A stretch of 64,000 bases of DNA from assembly GCA_021159005.1 (NCBI GenBank), contig JAGGSN010000078.1:8489-72488 (forward strand), given 5' to 3'. Shown here in pieces: positions 54,707 to 64,000 of the stretch. The DNA comes from Candidatus Zixiibacteriota bacterium (GTDB lineage: Bacteria; Zixibacteria; MSB-5A5; UBA10806; 4484-95). How positions within the stretch are numbered: the stretch's first letter is position 1; each line of letters starts with the position of its first letter. Position numbers and translations under genes: made by a program. Below the pieces are notes generated by a model. It did no database searches and had not been told where the DNA came from. It saw only the letters and a list, made by a program, of their open reading frames with translations.

Positions 54707-56715
54707 TTCTTGCCTCCTTTCTCAGCTCGAAAAACAGTCTTGCTAAACTTTTTAGCTTCCTTCATAGCCCTGCAAAAATCAGCATAGCCTTCTGATGGAA
54801 CCTGACGGCGATTTATTTTTGCGGTAAATTTTGTAATTAGCTTATCCTTCGACATCTTGCTTTCACCTTTGAAATAGGCATAAGTATCATCGATTTTCTT
54901 GCTGTTCTTAGGCTTTTCAACTTTAAATCCTTTTGGTAATTTAATAGTTTCATTACCGTCGATAAGCCTGGTCGAATAGAAAAATAAATCATCGCGCCGC
55001 TCTTTCGGCCAATCGATTGTCCCATAATACAACTGAACTTCATTGGCGTATTCTACTAAGGGGCTTTTAAACTCATAGCCATTATCAGTCAAGAGAGCAT
55101 ATTCGGGAATTCTATATTTTATTTTCCACCACATATTTTTATGAAAATCGAGCAAATCGCCATGCTCATAGCTGATTATTTCAATCCTATCGCTAACGTA
55201 ATGAAGATGCCCGGCTAAGTAATTGTTCAAATCGGCAAGACGGCCGCGATTAAGCATACCGCGCAGACGGGAATCTCTGGTGCCGTTTCCGCTCAATTCG
55301 AGCGTGCCCTCCAAAGAGCAGTCTTTGAATATCCTGGCTGTATTTGTTATTCTCATAGACGATTCCTCGGGAGGGCTGTACCGTATTCGGTTTAACGATT
55401 CGCCCTCAGGGTTGCCTATTAAATAATGCTGTTCTGATTCATACTTGCTCCAGACATCTTTTTGAAACGGCACCCAGGTCGGGTCATACATCTCGAAACT
55501 GCCGTCGTTTTTCTTAAGAGCAACTACGCAATGATTGAACTGGTCGGCGGGAATCTCCTCGATGCGGCTGCCGGCCATAGTCATAGCGCCATAAGAATCC
55601 AAACCGGCTGCTCTCATCATGGTGATTAGCATACCGGCAATATCTTTACATACGCCGCTCCGCTGTTCGAATATCATGGCGCCGGAATGCAAGGTATAAC
55701 CCTCGCCTTTGCCCATTGTTTGACCGCTGTAGCGGATATTCTGAGCAACCCAGTGCACCAACTCGAATGCCTTTTCCTCCTCCGTTCCCTTAGCAACGCC
55801 GGCTTTGGCGAAAATCTCATCGACTTTAGCTTTAATAGCATCGGTATATTCAAATTGCGGCTCGTTAACATCAAAGAACCAACGGCTCTTAGCCTCCCAG
55901 CTTTCAACAGTGGCCAATACAACCTTGGTGATAATGTCGGTATCATCGGGACGATACTGCTGAGGTTCCCAAGCAGGCATATCCTTTGTCCACCAGGAGT
56001 AAGTCGTTGTATCTGCATTATAGCTGGTGCTGGTATACATTGGTCCATTATATACCTGCGAGTGGAGACGCTTATCGGCAGGCAGTTTCAAGATATATTT
56101 TTTCTCCACAATCGGCACGGTTGCCTCGAAAAGCACAATATCGAAATACTGTCCGCGCATCGGCGGAATATAATTTTCATCATCCGGCTCGGGTGTTTTG
56201 GGATCGAGCAAGGCATACGAATAACCTTTGCGGTATGTTTTAATTTCGATACCATCACCTGCCAAAAGTCTGGGAAGCTGGAGCGATTTATTCCTATCGC
56301 CCCAGAATATCCCGCGCTGCGGAGCTGGCAAATCGATAATTTCGTCAACCGATACCGGAATTGACTTTTCACCTCGGATGATATTGACCTCATGTATTTC
56401 AACATAATTGGTTAGCGGCTCATAATGCCAGGTTTGAACAGCCAACTTTTTACAGCCGTCATCAGTAAGCGCTTTATACAGGATGTAGCTATCCGTATAT
56501 GTTATTCCTAAGTCATTTACCCTATTGACTGATGAGTCAACAACAATAGCGTAAGCGGCGCTATCGAAATCGGCGGCATTACCGGCGTTCTTAATCCGGT
56601 CGAATACGGTCGGCGGCGGGTTGTCGCCGGGAGGCAGTGATTGCGGGCTGCCTATTTGAGCCTCAACACATGCTGTCATCAATAATATCAAAACAATTAA
56701 AACGGCTCTTTTCAC
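54703..56715 (-). CDS. DUF3857 / transglutaminase-like cysteine protease domain protein (catalytic triad intact)
   Basis: Signal peptide. 'RSGVCKDIAGMLITMMRAAGLDSYGAMTMAG' (Cys), '...FNHCVVAL' (His), 'YDPT' (Asp). Confidence 0.65.
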   Translation of the reverse strand: MKRAVLIVLILLMTACVEAQIGSPQSLPPGDNPPPTVFDRIKNAGNAADFDSAAYAIVVDSSVNRVNDLGITYTDSYILYKALTDDGCKKLAVQTWHYEPLTNYVEIHEVNIIRGEKSIPVSVDEIIDLPAPQRGIFWGDRNKSLQLPRLLAGDGIEIKTYRKGYSYALLDPKTPEPDDENYIPPMRGQYFDIVLFEATVPIVEKKYILKLPADKRLHSQVYNGPMYTSTSYNADTTTYSWWTKDMPAWEPQQYRPDDTDIITKVVLATVESWEAKSRWFFDVNEPQFEYTDAIKAKVDEIFAKAGVAKGTEEEKAFELVHWVAQNIRYSGQTMGKGEGYTLHSGAMIFEQRSGVCKDIAGMLITMMRAAGLDSYGAMTMAGSRIEEIPADQFNHCVVALKKNDGSFEMYDPTWVPFQKDVWSKYESEQHYLIGNPEGESLNRIRYSPPEESSMRITNTARIFKDCSLEGTLELSGNGTRDSRLRGMLNRGRLADLNNYLAGHLHYVSDRIEIISYEHGDLLDFHKNMWWKIKYRIPEYALLTDNGYEFKSPLVEYANEVQLYYGTIDWPKERRDDLFFYSTRLIDGNETIKLPKGFKVEKPKNSKKIDDTYAYFKGESKMSKDKLITKFTAKINRRQVPSEGYADFCRAMKEAKKFSKTVFRAEKGGKK

Positions 56716-56955
56716 TAAAGTTCTCCTTGTGATAACGTTGTTTTACAAATTCTACGATTAATTTCTTGTATTTCAGGGTATTCTATTTTAAACATCAGAC
56801 ATATCTCCGAAAATTATTTCAAAGGCTAACCTATATATTGAAATGTTAAACTAAAGAATTTATGTTGATTTTACAAGGTCTTTATCAGGCAAGCTTAGAT
56901 TTAGTAACACATATTAAATAGACTTTGATATTAGTATCTGCCTGAATTCCTCGTG

Positions 56956-57017
56956 GTTGGCGTACGTCCCCGTGCGCCAACTTGAAATGTGGTTGGCTGT
57001 ATGTCCCCGTGCGCCAA
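56956..57017. repeat. Two tandem family-B palindromes
   Basis: 'GTTGGCGTACGTCCCCGTGCGCCAAC' and 'GTTGGCTGTATGTCCCCGTGCGCCAAC'. Confidence 0.6.
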
Positions 57018-57092
57018 CTTGCGACACGTCCGGATAAAACTATATTCAAACCCAGCCCAAATACGCCGATAATAATATGAAAAGGAGAAATT

Positions 57093-57539
57093 ATGCGCCA
57101 AAAATTCTTAGCCCTATGTGTATTAATTTTTTTAATGTTTTTTGTATCCGGCTATGCTGATATGGTTTATATAGCCAAAAAGCCGCCACAGCCAAAAGCC
57201 GAGATAATAACCAAATCGCCCGGCAAGGAGGCTGTCTGGATTGGCGGACACTGGAAATGGGATAGCGAGGAATTTGTCTGGGTATCCGGGCATTGGGTGA
57301 AAAAACCGCAAGGGCGCTGGGTTAAAGGGCACTGGAAGAAGAACAAAAAAGGTTATATTCGGATACCCGGTCACTGGAAAAAGAAATCGACCAAACCGGT
57401 TGATGTAAAAAAAAGGAAAGTCAGTCATAGGCTTGCAAAACCGGCTAAAGACAAACCGGGGCATGTCTGGGTACCCGGGCATTGGAATAAAACCAAGCAT
57501 GGCAAGATTTGGATAAAGGGGAATTGGAAAAAGAAATAG
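57093..57539 (+). CDS. Exported Lys-rich WXXGXW/'GHW'-repeat protein (BcpO-related family)
   Basis: Signal peptide, then six repeats ('WIGGHWKW', 'WVSGHWVK', 'WVKGHWKK', 'RIPGHWKK', 'WVPGHWNK', 'WIKGNWKK'). Confidence 0.55.
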   Translation: MRQKFLALCVLIFLMFFVSGYADMVYIAKKPPQPKAEIITKSPGKEAVWIGGHWKWDSEEFVWVSGHWVKKPQGRWVKGHWKKNKKGYIRIPGHWKKKSTKPVDVKKRKVSHRLAKPAKDKPGHVWVPGHWNKTKHGKIWIKGNWKKK

Positions 57540-57578
57540 GTGTTATGCCGGTAGGCTTACTTGATGTATAATTTCTAT

Positions 57579-57740
57579 CATTACTGTCCGGGCTTTTGTC
57601 CGCTTTGGGCAGATGCAATAGTGATGTCATTCCCCCGCCGCGGCGGGGGAATGATGTAAATGGATAATCATCGAATAAGAATAGACTTCTGAAATCTAAT
57701 TCCTCCTGTCGGCGGACAGGCATGAAATATCATGCAAAGT
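57579..57740. repeat. Repeat family F, copy 2 (about 162 nt, with a 41-nt hairpin insertion)
   Basis: Same ends as 19285-19405. The insert 'GTCATTCCCCCGCCGCGGCGGGGGAATGATG...' (57627-57668) is a perfect 13-bp-stem palindrome. Confidence 0.5.
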
Positions 57741-58030
57741 AAAAAGTGAAATATTGATGTTTGCCAGAGTCGTTCAACGTCTTGTTGCTCTTTAGATTGT
57801 GATTTAAGCATGATTCACTTATTATGTCTCGCCAAGTAATTTTATTGAAAAAGCCGGATAGTAGTGTAATACAATATTTTCTTACCCCAATCCTTGACTT
57901 GCAGCCGTTATTAATATAGTTTCAAAAAGTGTTAGAAGAGAATATTAATCGGGATAAATCCAAGATTTTCCCAAATCCGAAACCTCTCATGATAATCGGT
58001 AGTTTATAATAATCATGAAAGGCGGCAAAT

Positions 58031-58576
58031 ATGGCTGAAAAGCAGAAAAAGACAGGTCTAATCATAGTATATACCGGCGACGGCAAAGGTAAAACAACCG
58101 CCGCTTTAGGAATATGCCTCAGGGCTGCCGGCTATGATATGAAAGCGGCTATTGTCCAGTTTGTTAAGGGAAGCTGGCATTGCGGCGAACTTGATGGGAT
58201 TAAAAAACTTTCGCCCAATGTGGAAATTTTCACTGGAGGTAAGGGCTTTGTTGGCATCTCCGACGATAATCTTCCCCATGAGGAACATGTAAAAGCCGCC
58301 CAAGATACGCTTAAGTTTGCAGAAGAGCTGATTGCCAGCGGCAAATATGATATTATAATTCTCGATGAGCTAAATGTGGCGGTTTCGCTTAGGCTTATCG
58401 ATATCGGGGACGTTCTGACCTTGCTCGATAAAAAACCCGATAATATGGATATAGTGATAACAGGCAGGGATGCTCATCGGGATTTAATAGAGAGAGCCGA
58501 TTTGGTTACGGAGATGAAGGAAATTAAGCATCCGTTTAATAAGGGTGTCATTGCCCAAAAAGGTATAGATTATTAG
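58031..58576 (+). CDS. cobO: Cob(I)yrinic acid a,c-diamide / corrinoid adenosyltransferase (CobO/BtuR family)
   Basis: 'GLIIVYTGDGKGKTTAALG' P-loop and 'DIIILDELNVA'. 181 aa. Confidence 0.8.
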   Translation: MAEKQKKTGLIIVYTGDGKGKTTAALGICLRAAGYDMKAAIVQFVKGSWHCGELDGIKKLSPNVEIFTGGKGFVGISDDNLPHEEHVKAAQDTLKFAEELIASGKYDIIILDELNVAVSLRLIDIGDVLTLLDKKPDNMDIVITGRDAHRDLIERADLVTEMKEIKHPFNKGVIAQKGIDY

Positions 58577-58591
58577 ATACTGGAGGAATAA

Positions 58592-59512
58592 ATGAAGGAA
58601 TTGGACATTGTTATAGTTGGCGCCGGGCCAGGCGGATTAACATCGGGCATGTATTCGGCGAGAGCGGAGTATAATACAATTAGCATCGAGAAGATGATGC
58701 CGGGCGGTCAGATTGCCAATACCGAGCTGGTTGAGGATTACCCCGGATTTGAGTCGATTTCCGGCCGTGAACTGGCTAAGAAATTCAAAGACCATGCTGT
58801 TAAGTTCGGTTTGCAAATAGTCTTCGATACGGTTAATAAAATTAAGCTTGATGGCCGCTACAGAATTGTTGAGTGCGATAATGAGACATACAGAGCCAAA
58901 GTGGTTATTTTTAGTACCGGCGGACAGCCCCGCAAACTTGGCGTGGCGGGCGAGGCGGAATATACCGGCAAAGGCGTATCATACTGCGCAATCTGCGACG
59001 GGGCGTTTTTCAAAGATCAGGTGATTGCGGTTGCCGGCGGCGGCGATGCCGCAGTAGAGGAAGGTATCTACCTGACCAAATTCGGCTCCAAGGTGTATAT
59101 AATCCATCGCCGCGACCAGTTAAGAGCGCAGAAGATTATCCAGAAGCATGCCTTTGATAATCCTAAAATTGAATTTATCTGGGACTCCGTTGTCGATAAA
59201 GTAAACGGCGGAGATTTAGTTGAATCTATTGATATCAAGAATGTCAAAACCGGCAAAGTAACAAATCTGAAAATCGGCGCTATTTTCCCTTTCATAGGTT
59301 TTACTCCTAATTCCGATTTTTTTGATTTTGAGATAAAGAAAGACCCTAATGGTTATATAATCACCGATGAAAATATGCAGACATCAGTGGAGGGAATTTT
59401 CGCGATTGGCGATGTCAGAAAGCAGTTATGCAAACAGATAACCAACGCTATCGGAGATGGCACTACTGCGGCTGTGGCAGCAGATAAATATATCGAAGCT
59501 TGGAACGATTGA
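58592..59512 (+). CDS. trxB: Thioredoxin-disulfide reductase
   Basis: FAD motif 'IVGAGPGG', redox-active 'CAICDG', NADPH motif 'VAGGGDAAVEE'. 306 aa. Confidence 0.9.
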   Translation: MKELDIVIVGAGPGGLTSGMYSARAEYNTISIEKMMPGGQIANTELVEDYPGFESISGRELAKKFKDHAVKFGLQIVFDTVNKIKLDGRYRIVECDNETYRAKVVIFSTGGQPRKLGVAGEAEYTGKGVSYCAICDGAFFKDQVIAVAGGGDAAVEEGIYLTKFGSKVYIIHRRDQLRAQKIIQKHAFDNPKIEFIWDSVVDKVNGGDLVESIDIKNVKTGKVTNLKIGAIFPFIGFTPNSDFFDFEIKKDPNGYIITDENMQTSVEGIFAIGDVRKQLCKQITNAIGDGTTAAVAADKYIEAWND

Positions 59513-59723
59513 GGAATATACAGTGAAATAGTCGGGCTTCTTCTCCCCCGTTGCAGCGGAGAACCCGACCTGCAATATTTGATATAAAAATAAAAGAAGG
59601 TGTATACAATATACCCCTACGCGCGATAGCTCATGTTGTTTTCAATTTAATGAAGCTGCTTTATCAACAAACTGAGGGCGTCCGCCTGGAGTAAACGCTT
59701 CCTACGGTACAATTCTATATTAA

Positions 59724-60596
59724 ATGAATAATAATAATCAATACAAACGCAAACCGCCATGGCTGAAAATCAAGCCGAATTTTGGGACGGTTTACGGCGA
59801 AGTTAAAAGCCTGTTAGAAGAACTTAACCTTCACACTGTCTGCCAAGAGGCGAACTGTCCTAATATGGGAGAGTGCTTTTCGGCGGGGACTGCGACTTTT
59901 ATAATCCTTGGCGACAGATGTACCCGCAACTGCCGTTTTTGTGATGTTAAACCGGGAAAACCGGCGCCTCCTGATGCCGATGAACCGAACAGAATAGCCG
60001 ATGCCGTTAGAAGGCTAAAGCTTAAATTTGCGGTTATAACCATGGTAACCCGCGATGATTTGCCGGATGGCGGCGCGGAGATATTCGCCGAGACTATCAG
60101 GCAGATAAGGCATCTTTCGCCTGACTGCAAAGTTGAGGCGCTTATATCGGATTTGGGCGGAAATGCTGATTCGCTTGATATTATTATCGATTCCGCTCCT
60201 GATGTTTTGGCTCATAATATTGAAACAGCACCCGAGCTTTATCCGGCTGTAAGGCCTCAGGCTGATTACAACAGGTCTTTGGAGGTTCTAAATCATGCGT
60301 TTAGAAAGGCGGAGAATACTCTTATAAAATCGGGAATTATGGTTGGACTGGGGGAAAATTTCGAGCAGATTGAAAGCGTTTTAAGCGATGCGGTTAGAGT
60401 TGGCTGCAGGATTTTCACTGTTGGGCAATACTTATCTCCTTCCAAAAAGCATCTGCCTATAACAAAGTATTACACTCCTGAAGAGTTTGAGGAAATCAAA
60501 GTTATTGGTGAAAAACTGGGTATTAAACATGTGGAATCGGGACCTTTGGTTAGAAGTTCCTATATGGCTCACCGTCAAGCCGAAAGCGCTTATTAG
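59724..60596 (+). CDS. lipA: Lipoyl synthase
   Basis: 'KPPWLK', auxiliary cluster 'CQEANCPNMGEC', radical-SAM 'CTRNCRFC'. Confidence 0.9.
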   Translation: MNNNNQYKRKPPWLKIKPNFGTVYGEVKSLLEELNLHTVCQEANCPNMGECFSAGTATFIILGDRCTRNCRFCDVKPGKPAPPDADEPNRIADAVRRLKLKFAVITMVTRDDLPDGGAEIFAETIRQIRHLSPDCKVEALISDLGGNADSLDIIIDSAPDVLAHNIETAPELYPAVRPQADYNRSLEVLNHAFRKAENTLIKSGIMVGLGENFEQIESVLSDAVRVGCRIFTVGQYLSPSKKHLPITKYYTPEEFEEIKVIGEKLGIKHVESGPLVRSSYMAHRQAESAY

Positions 60597-61007
60597 TTTA
60601 TTAATCCAATTTATAACCAAGCGCTGCGGTTCATGTGCTGTTGACAAAGCAACAATATCGCTGCGTATACCAATCACCACTGACAGCATCACTGTTTAGT
60701 AATCAGTTAATTTTTAATTGAATAACTAAAATTTTTATTTGACAACTTCGATTAAAAAGTTTTTATTGCCCGAACTGAATATTGGACTGAAAAGGAAACG
60801 ACTAAGCTTTCAGCAGCTTCAGCTTTTGTTCTTTGAAAATTGATTTTTTAAGCCTGTTAAGTAACCGGCGTTTTGTTCGATATATTTAAGGTTGGCAGTG
60901 AAAATTTTGGCTGTTTACAGCAATGGCAATTGATATTGTGTCTTAATTAGAACAATTGGCGGTATTAGCCGTTTTTCACCGCTTAAAATGTAATTGTTGA
61001 AAAGCAA

Positions 61008-61080
61008 GCCGGAGTAGCTCAGTTGGTAGAGCAGCTGATTTGTAATCAGCCGGTCGGCGGTTCGAGTCCGTTCTCCGGCT
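61008..61080 (+). tRNA. tRNA-Thr (anticodon UGU)
   Basis: Acceptor stem GCCGGAG/CTCCGGC, D-arm GCTC..GAGC, anticodon loop TTTGTAA, T-loop GGTTCGAGTCC. No encoded CCA. Confidence 0.85.
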
Positions 61081-61149
61081 TTAATAAAGGCATTAGCGCC
61101 GTTTGACAGCAATTAATATCTTGCAAAAAGCAGGCTTACTTAAGTATTT

Positions 61150-61231
61150 GGTGGGGTTCCCGAGTGGCCAAAGGGAACAGACTGTAAATCTGTCGGCGAA
61201 GCCTTCGAAGGTTCGAATCCTTCCCCCACCA
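61150..61231 (+). tRNA. tRNA-Tyr (anticodon GUA), type II with a long variable arm
   Basis: Acceptor GGTGGGG/CCCCACC, anticodon loop CTGTAAA, variable arm 'CGGCGAAGCCTTCG', T-loop GGTTCGAATCC. Confidence 0.85.
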
Positions 61232-61256
61232 GCTTTTATTATATTTTAAATCCTAT

Positions 61257-61289
61257 ATTTTGCAGCCATGCCCGCCGGCAGGCAGGTTG
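61257..61289. repeat. Dispersed repeat family D
   Basis: 'TTTTGCAGCCATGCCCGCCGGCAGGCAGGTTG', directly downstream of tRNA-Tyr. Confidence 0.7.
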
Positions 61290-61394
61290 AAATTATATTA
61301 TATAAGAAATTATCACATAAGACATTTCTATAAATCGTTTTCACTATACTATTTATTATGAATAATCGTTGATTTCACCGAAAAATAACAAAGA

Positions 61395-61425
61395 GGGCAC
61401 ATGCAATAAACCCCTACGCGCTGAT
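61395..61425. repeat. Dispersed repeat family E
   Basis: 'GGGCACATGCAATAAACCCCTACGCGCTGATG'. Confidence 0.55.
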
Positions 61426-61451
61426 GTATATCAATTTGGATTTATTATTGT

Positions 61452-61476
61452 GCTGCCGGAAGTTATTTCCGACAGT
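61452..61476. repeat. Dispersed repeat family C
   Basis: 'GCTGCCGGAAGTTATTTCCGACAGT'. Confidence 0.55.
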
Positions 61477-61596
61477 TCTGGCAGAGGAGTTCGCTTATGG
61501 CGGATTAAGATTTGTCAGTAATGCGGGATATTAACCTTGGTTTTACTGTTGAATTATTATTGCGTGTTATATCGCTATGCCCGACAACTGTTTTCA

Positions 61597-62337
61597 TCAA
61601 ACCGCAAATGCCGCCAGAATATCCTGCAGTGCATGCGCAATTATACAAGGTATCAGCGAGCCGCGCGCCAAATATAACAGACAAAACATAAACCCATAGA
61701 TACTAATCAGCACAACTCCCGACAATCCCTGGTAAAGATGCCCAAAGCCAAAACTTATCGAACCCAGCAAAACGCCCGGCCAGATATTACCGGTTAGCCT
61801 TGCCATACGGCTGATAACATATCCCCGAAAACAGATTTCTTCAGCGATACCGGCAGCAATAGATATAATTATCCAGAAAACTTTCTCGCCTGACGTTCGG
61901 GGCAAAAGGTAGGCGATATCCTCAGCCTGAAAAATATTGTAATAGTTGATTATGTTTGAGATAATATTTAATACGATAACTGCGGCAAATAAAAAGACAA
62001 TCCCCGCAGCTAAATTAATTATACTGAAATCGGATTTTTTTATACCCAGGCTGGTTAAGCTTTTGGAAAGTCCCCATCTATCCGCATTTGCCGCAACAGG
62101 CGTTTTAAGGATTGTAAATACGATGCCAAATATTATCATCATCTGAAAAAATAAGGCTGGCACATAAACCTGAATAATCCGGGATTCAATGAGTCTTTCC
62201 GATGGTGGGTTTATATAATACATCAATGTTGAAAACAATGGATAACCAAGCAGGATTACAGCCAGTATAACTTTTTGCGCCAATGGTATTTTTTGGCTGT
62301 CGATGTTATTATCATTAAGAGTATTATTGTTTTCCAT
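61597..62337 (-). CDS. CPBP-family (CAAX/Abi) intramembrane metalloprotease
   Basis: Motifs 'EEICFRGY' (EExxxR), 'FGFGHL' and 'HALQD'. Multiple TM helices. Confidence 0.75.
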   Translation of the reverse strand: MENNNTLNDNNIDSQKIPLAQKVILAVILLGYPLFSTLMYYINPPSERLIESRIIQVYVPALFFQMMIIFGIVFTILKTPVAANADRWGLSKSLTSLGIKKSDFSIINLAAGIVFLFAAVIVLNIISNIINYYNIFQAEDIAYLLPRTSGEKVFWIIISIAAGIAEEICFRGYVISRMARLTGNIWPGVLLGSISFGFGHLYQGLSGVVLISIYGFMFCLLYLARGSLIPCIIAHALQDILAAFAV

Positions 62338-62426
62338 AATAGCTAATGTTAACCAATATTTCGCAATGGAGCTACAAATAAATTAATAAATTATTCGGAA
62401 TGATATTGAACACTTAGCGTTAGAAA

Positions 62427-62550
62427 CATACCCCTAATCCCTCTCAAGAGGGGAATAATACGTCTTTAACAAATAAAACATAAGGGCATTGAACCCTAAT
62501 ATCTCAAGAAGGGAATAATAAAACGTTGGTGCACGAGGACGTACGCCAAC
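62427..62550. repeat. Composite repeat cluster A, A' and B
   Basis: 'ACATACCCCTAATCCCTCTCAAGAGGGGAATAATA' (62427-62460), 'CCCTAATATCTCAAGAAGGGAATAATAA' (62494-62522) and 'GTTGGTGCACGAGGACGTACGCCAAC' (62525-62550). Same module order as at 5535-5630 and 21272-21338. Confidence 0.65.
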
Positions 62551-62636
62551 TATTTTATAATCTAACCATGCAAATAAAAAGCCGCCAGATTTTTATCCGG
62601 CGGCTATGATAATGTCTGATATTTTACTTGTTCCGG

Positions 62637-63941
62637 CTATTTACCAATCATTTGCTTTACTTTTTGCCATTCGGAATCCGAATCGAATTTACTTTTGGTG
62701 GATGCATTCGCATTCTTGTTGAATTTTTTATAATTCTTTTTTGTGTTCTTCTTGTCGTCCATCCTCATATAACACTGGGCTATGTAAGCATAAGGTTTGG
62801 CATCGGCAAAATTTAGTTTCTGAACATCCTCGTATGCCTCCAGCGCGGCGGGATAATTTTTCGACTTGTAATAAGCCTCACCGAGTTTATAGTAGGCGTT
62901 CAAATGACGTTTATCGATTTCGATTACCTTGCTGAAATCCTGAGCCGCGCGGTAGTTTTCTCCCTGATTTAGATAAATCAATCCCCTGTTGTATCTGGCG
63001 GTAAGGTAATTCGAGTTTATCTCCAGAACGCCTGTCAAGGCGCTTAGCTGAGCGGCGTCATCGTTCTGAGCCTTGGCGATTTTACTTGCTTTCAGGTAGG
63101 ATGATAATGATTTCTTGGAGTCACCCTTGGCCTTATAACACCGCGCCTGCCCCATCAACGCCTCAATATTACTCTCATCGGAGGAAATGACCTTGTTGTA
63201 GTATGTGAGGGCTTCGCTATATTTGCCTTTTTCTTCAAGCTCTGTCGCAATATCTTCATTGCTTTTCTTGGTTTGTTTTTTTGAGCTTTTGGCTTTTTTT
63301 AATTTAAAAGTATATGATTTAATCTGGTTAGTGGGAATATTGATACTATAATTATAATCTTTATATTTGGAGTTTTTAACTGTAACCTTATGTTTTCCTG
63401 TGGGTATTTTATATGTCTGCGAACCTTTGCCGATATATTTGCCGTCTAAATATACTTTTGAATTTTTTGGAGGCACAATTTTTAATTTTAGGAAACAATA
63501 ATTATTTGATAGTTGACTCGCCGGTTTATTGGCAGTTTTCCCAATAGTATTAGATGCGCTTATCGGCTCAATTAGTTCTTGCTCATCTGATGGAAGAGCA
63601 AAACTTAGCGTGGTGGTGCTATCACCAATAACATAAGTTCCCTCCTGCTTCAAAATGGCTACTCCCTCGCTCATAACCTCGACCGTATAATTCCCGGTCG
63701 GTACCAAATTGAATGTGAAAAAGCCTGCATAGCTTGTCTGGGTTGTTTTACCCAGTTCCTTAACAGTAACCATTGCATTAGGTACTGGTTTACCGGTAAG
63801 CGGATCCTGCAGAATACCTACTATTTGGCCTTTCCCTGATGAATTGCCGCCAAAGAGTATTATAAGCATAACAAACAGAAAAAGAACGCCTCCGCCGATA
63901 CCGGCATATAGCTGCAATTTATTAGTTTGTTTCTCTTTCAA
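62637..63941 (-). CDS. Membrane-anchored TPR-repeat protein with PEGA and carboxypeptidase-regulatory-like domains
   Basis: N-terminal TM, PEGA-like 'KVYLDGKYIGKGSQTYKIPTGKHKVTVKN', then about six TPR repeats. The annotated start is a TTG. The frame stays open to the window edge, so the true start may lie beyond position 64000. Confidence 0.6.
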   Translation of the reverse strand: MKEKQTNKLQLYAGIGGGVLFLFVMLIILFGGNSSGKGQIVGILQDPLTGKPVPNAMVTVKELGKTTQTSYAGFFTFNLVPTGNYTVEVMSEGVAILKQEGTYVIGDSTTTLSFALPSDEQELIEPISASNTIGKTANKPASQLSNNYCFLKLKIVPPKNSKVYLDGKYIGKGSQTYKIPTGKHKVTVKNSKYKDYNYSINIPTNQIKSYTFKLKKAKSSKKQTKKSNEDIATELEEKGKYSEALTYYNKVISSDESNIEALMGQARCYKAKGDSKKSLSSYLKASKIAKAQNDDAAQLSALTGVLEINSNYLTARYNRGLIYLNQGENYRAAQDFSKVIEIDKRHLNAYYKLGEAYYKSKNYPAALEAYEDVQKLNFADAKPYAYIAQCYMRMDDKKNTKKNYKKFNKNANASTKSKFDSDSEWQKVKQMIGK

Positions 63942-64000
63942 CTTAAAAGACTTATTGCCAACATTAACAATTTCGCCGGATGAGGGTTTAAAACCGCCGG

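Noticed and set aside
57579-57740. Cobalamin riboswitch upstream of the corrinoid adenosyltransferase gene
   Set aside because: The element lacks a recognisable B12-box (GCCACUG-like). An almost identical copy precedes an unrelated HD-domain gene.
60915-61112. 65-aa minus-strand ORF
   Set aside because: It overlaps tRNA-Thr on the opposite strand. Spurious.

Overview
The window is a 64-kb chromosomal segment from a low-GC bacterium that encodes T9SS (Por) C-terminal sorting-domain proteins, so probably a Bacteroidota-like/FCB-group lineage. I cannot name the organism from sequence alone. Most genes are housekeeping. A long minus-strand array covers 33386-44926: ftsK, LolA-like, rimO, bamD, nadD, polA, coaE, then ssb. 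Also present are trxB, lipA, cobO, tatD, an M16 peptidase pair, and tRNA-Thr(UGU) and tRNA-Tyr(GUA). Accessory content: (i) A candidate cyclic-nucleotide signalling module at 6114-13672. It has a cNMP-binding/PAS/histidine-kinase gene next to a 1354-aa protein with two degenerate-complementary class III cyclase domains fused to a STAND NTPase and a TPR array, an Avs-like domain order. An orphan membrane protein sits in an AT-rich islet upstream. (ii) Several secreted beta-helix and T9SS-cargo proteins. One carries a near-identical 1.27-kb intragenic tandem duplication and a dockerin-like tail. Another is split by a homopolymer frameshift. (iii) A four-gene operon of uncharacterised membrane proteins, and a secreted beta-solenoid protein with 'D-x-G-G-x-D-x-Y' repeats. 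(iv) At least six families of short palindromic dispersed repeats fill the intergenic regions. These include a MITE-like composite with inverted ends and a roughly 120-160-nt element present twice that could be a structured ncRNA. I found no CRISPR array, RM system, transposase or integrase.
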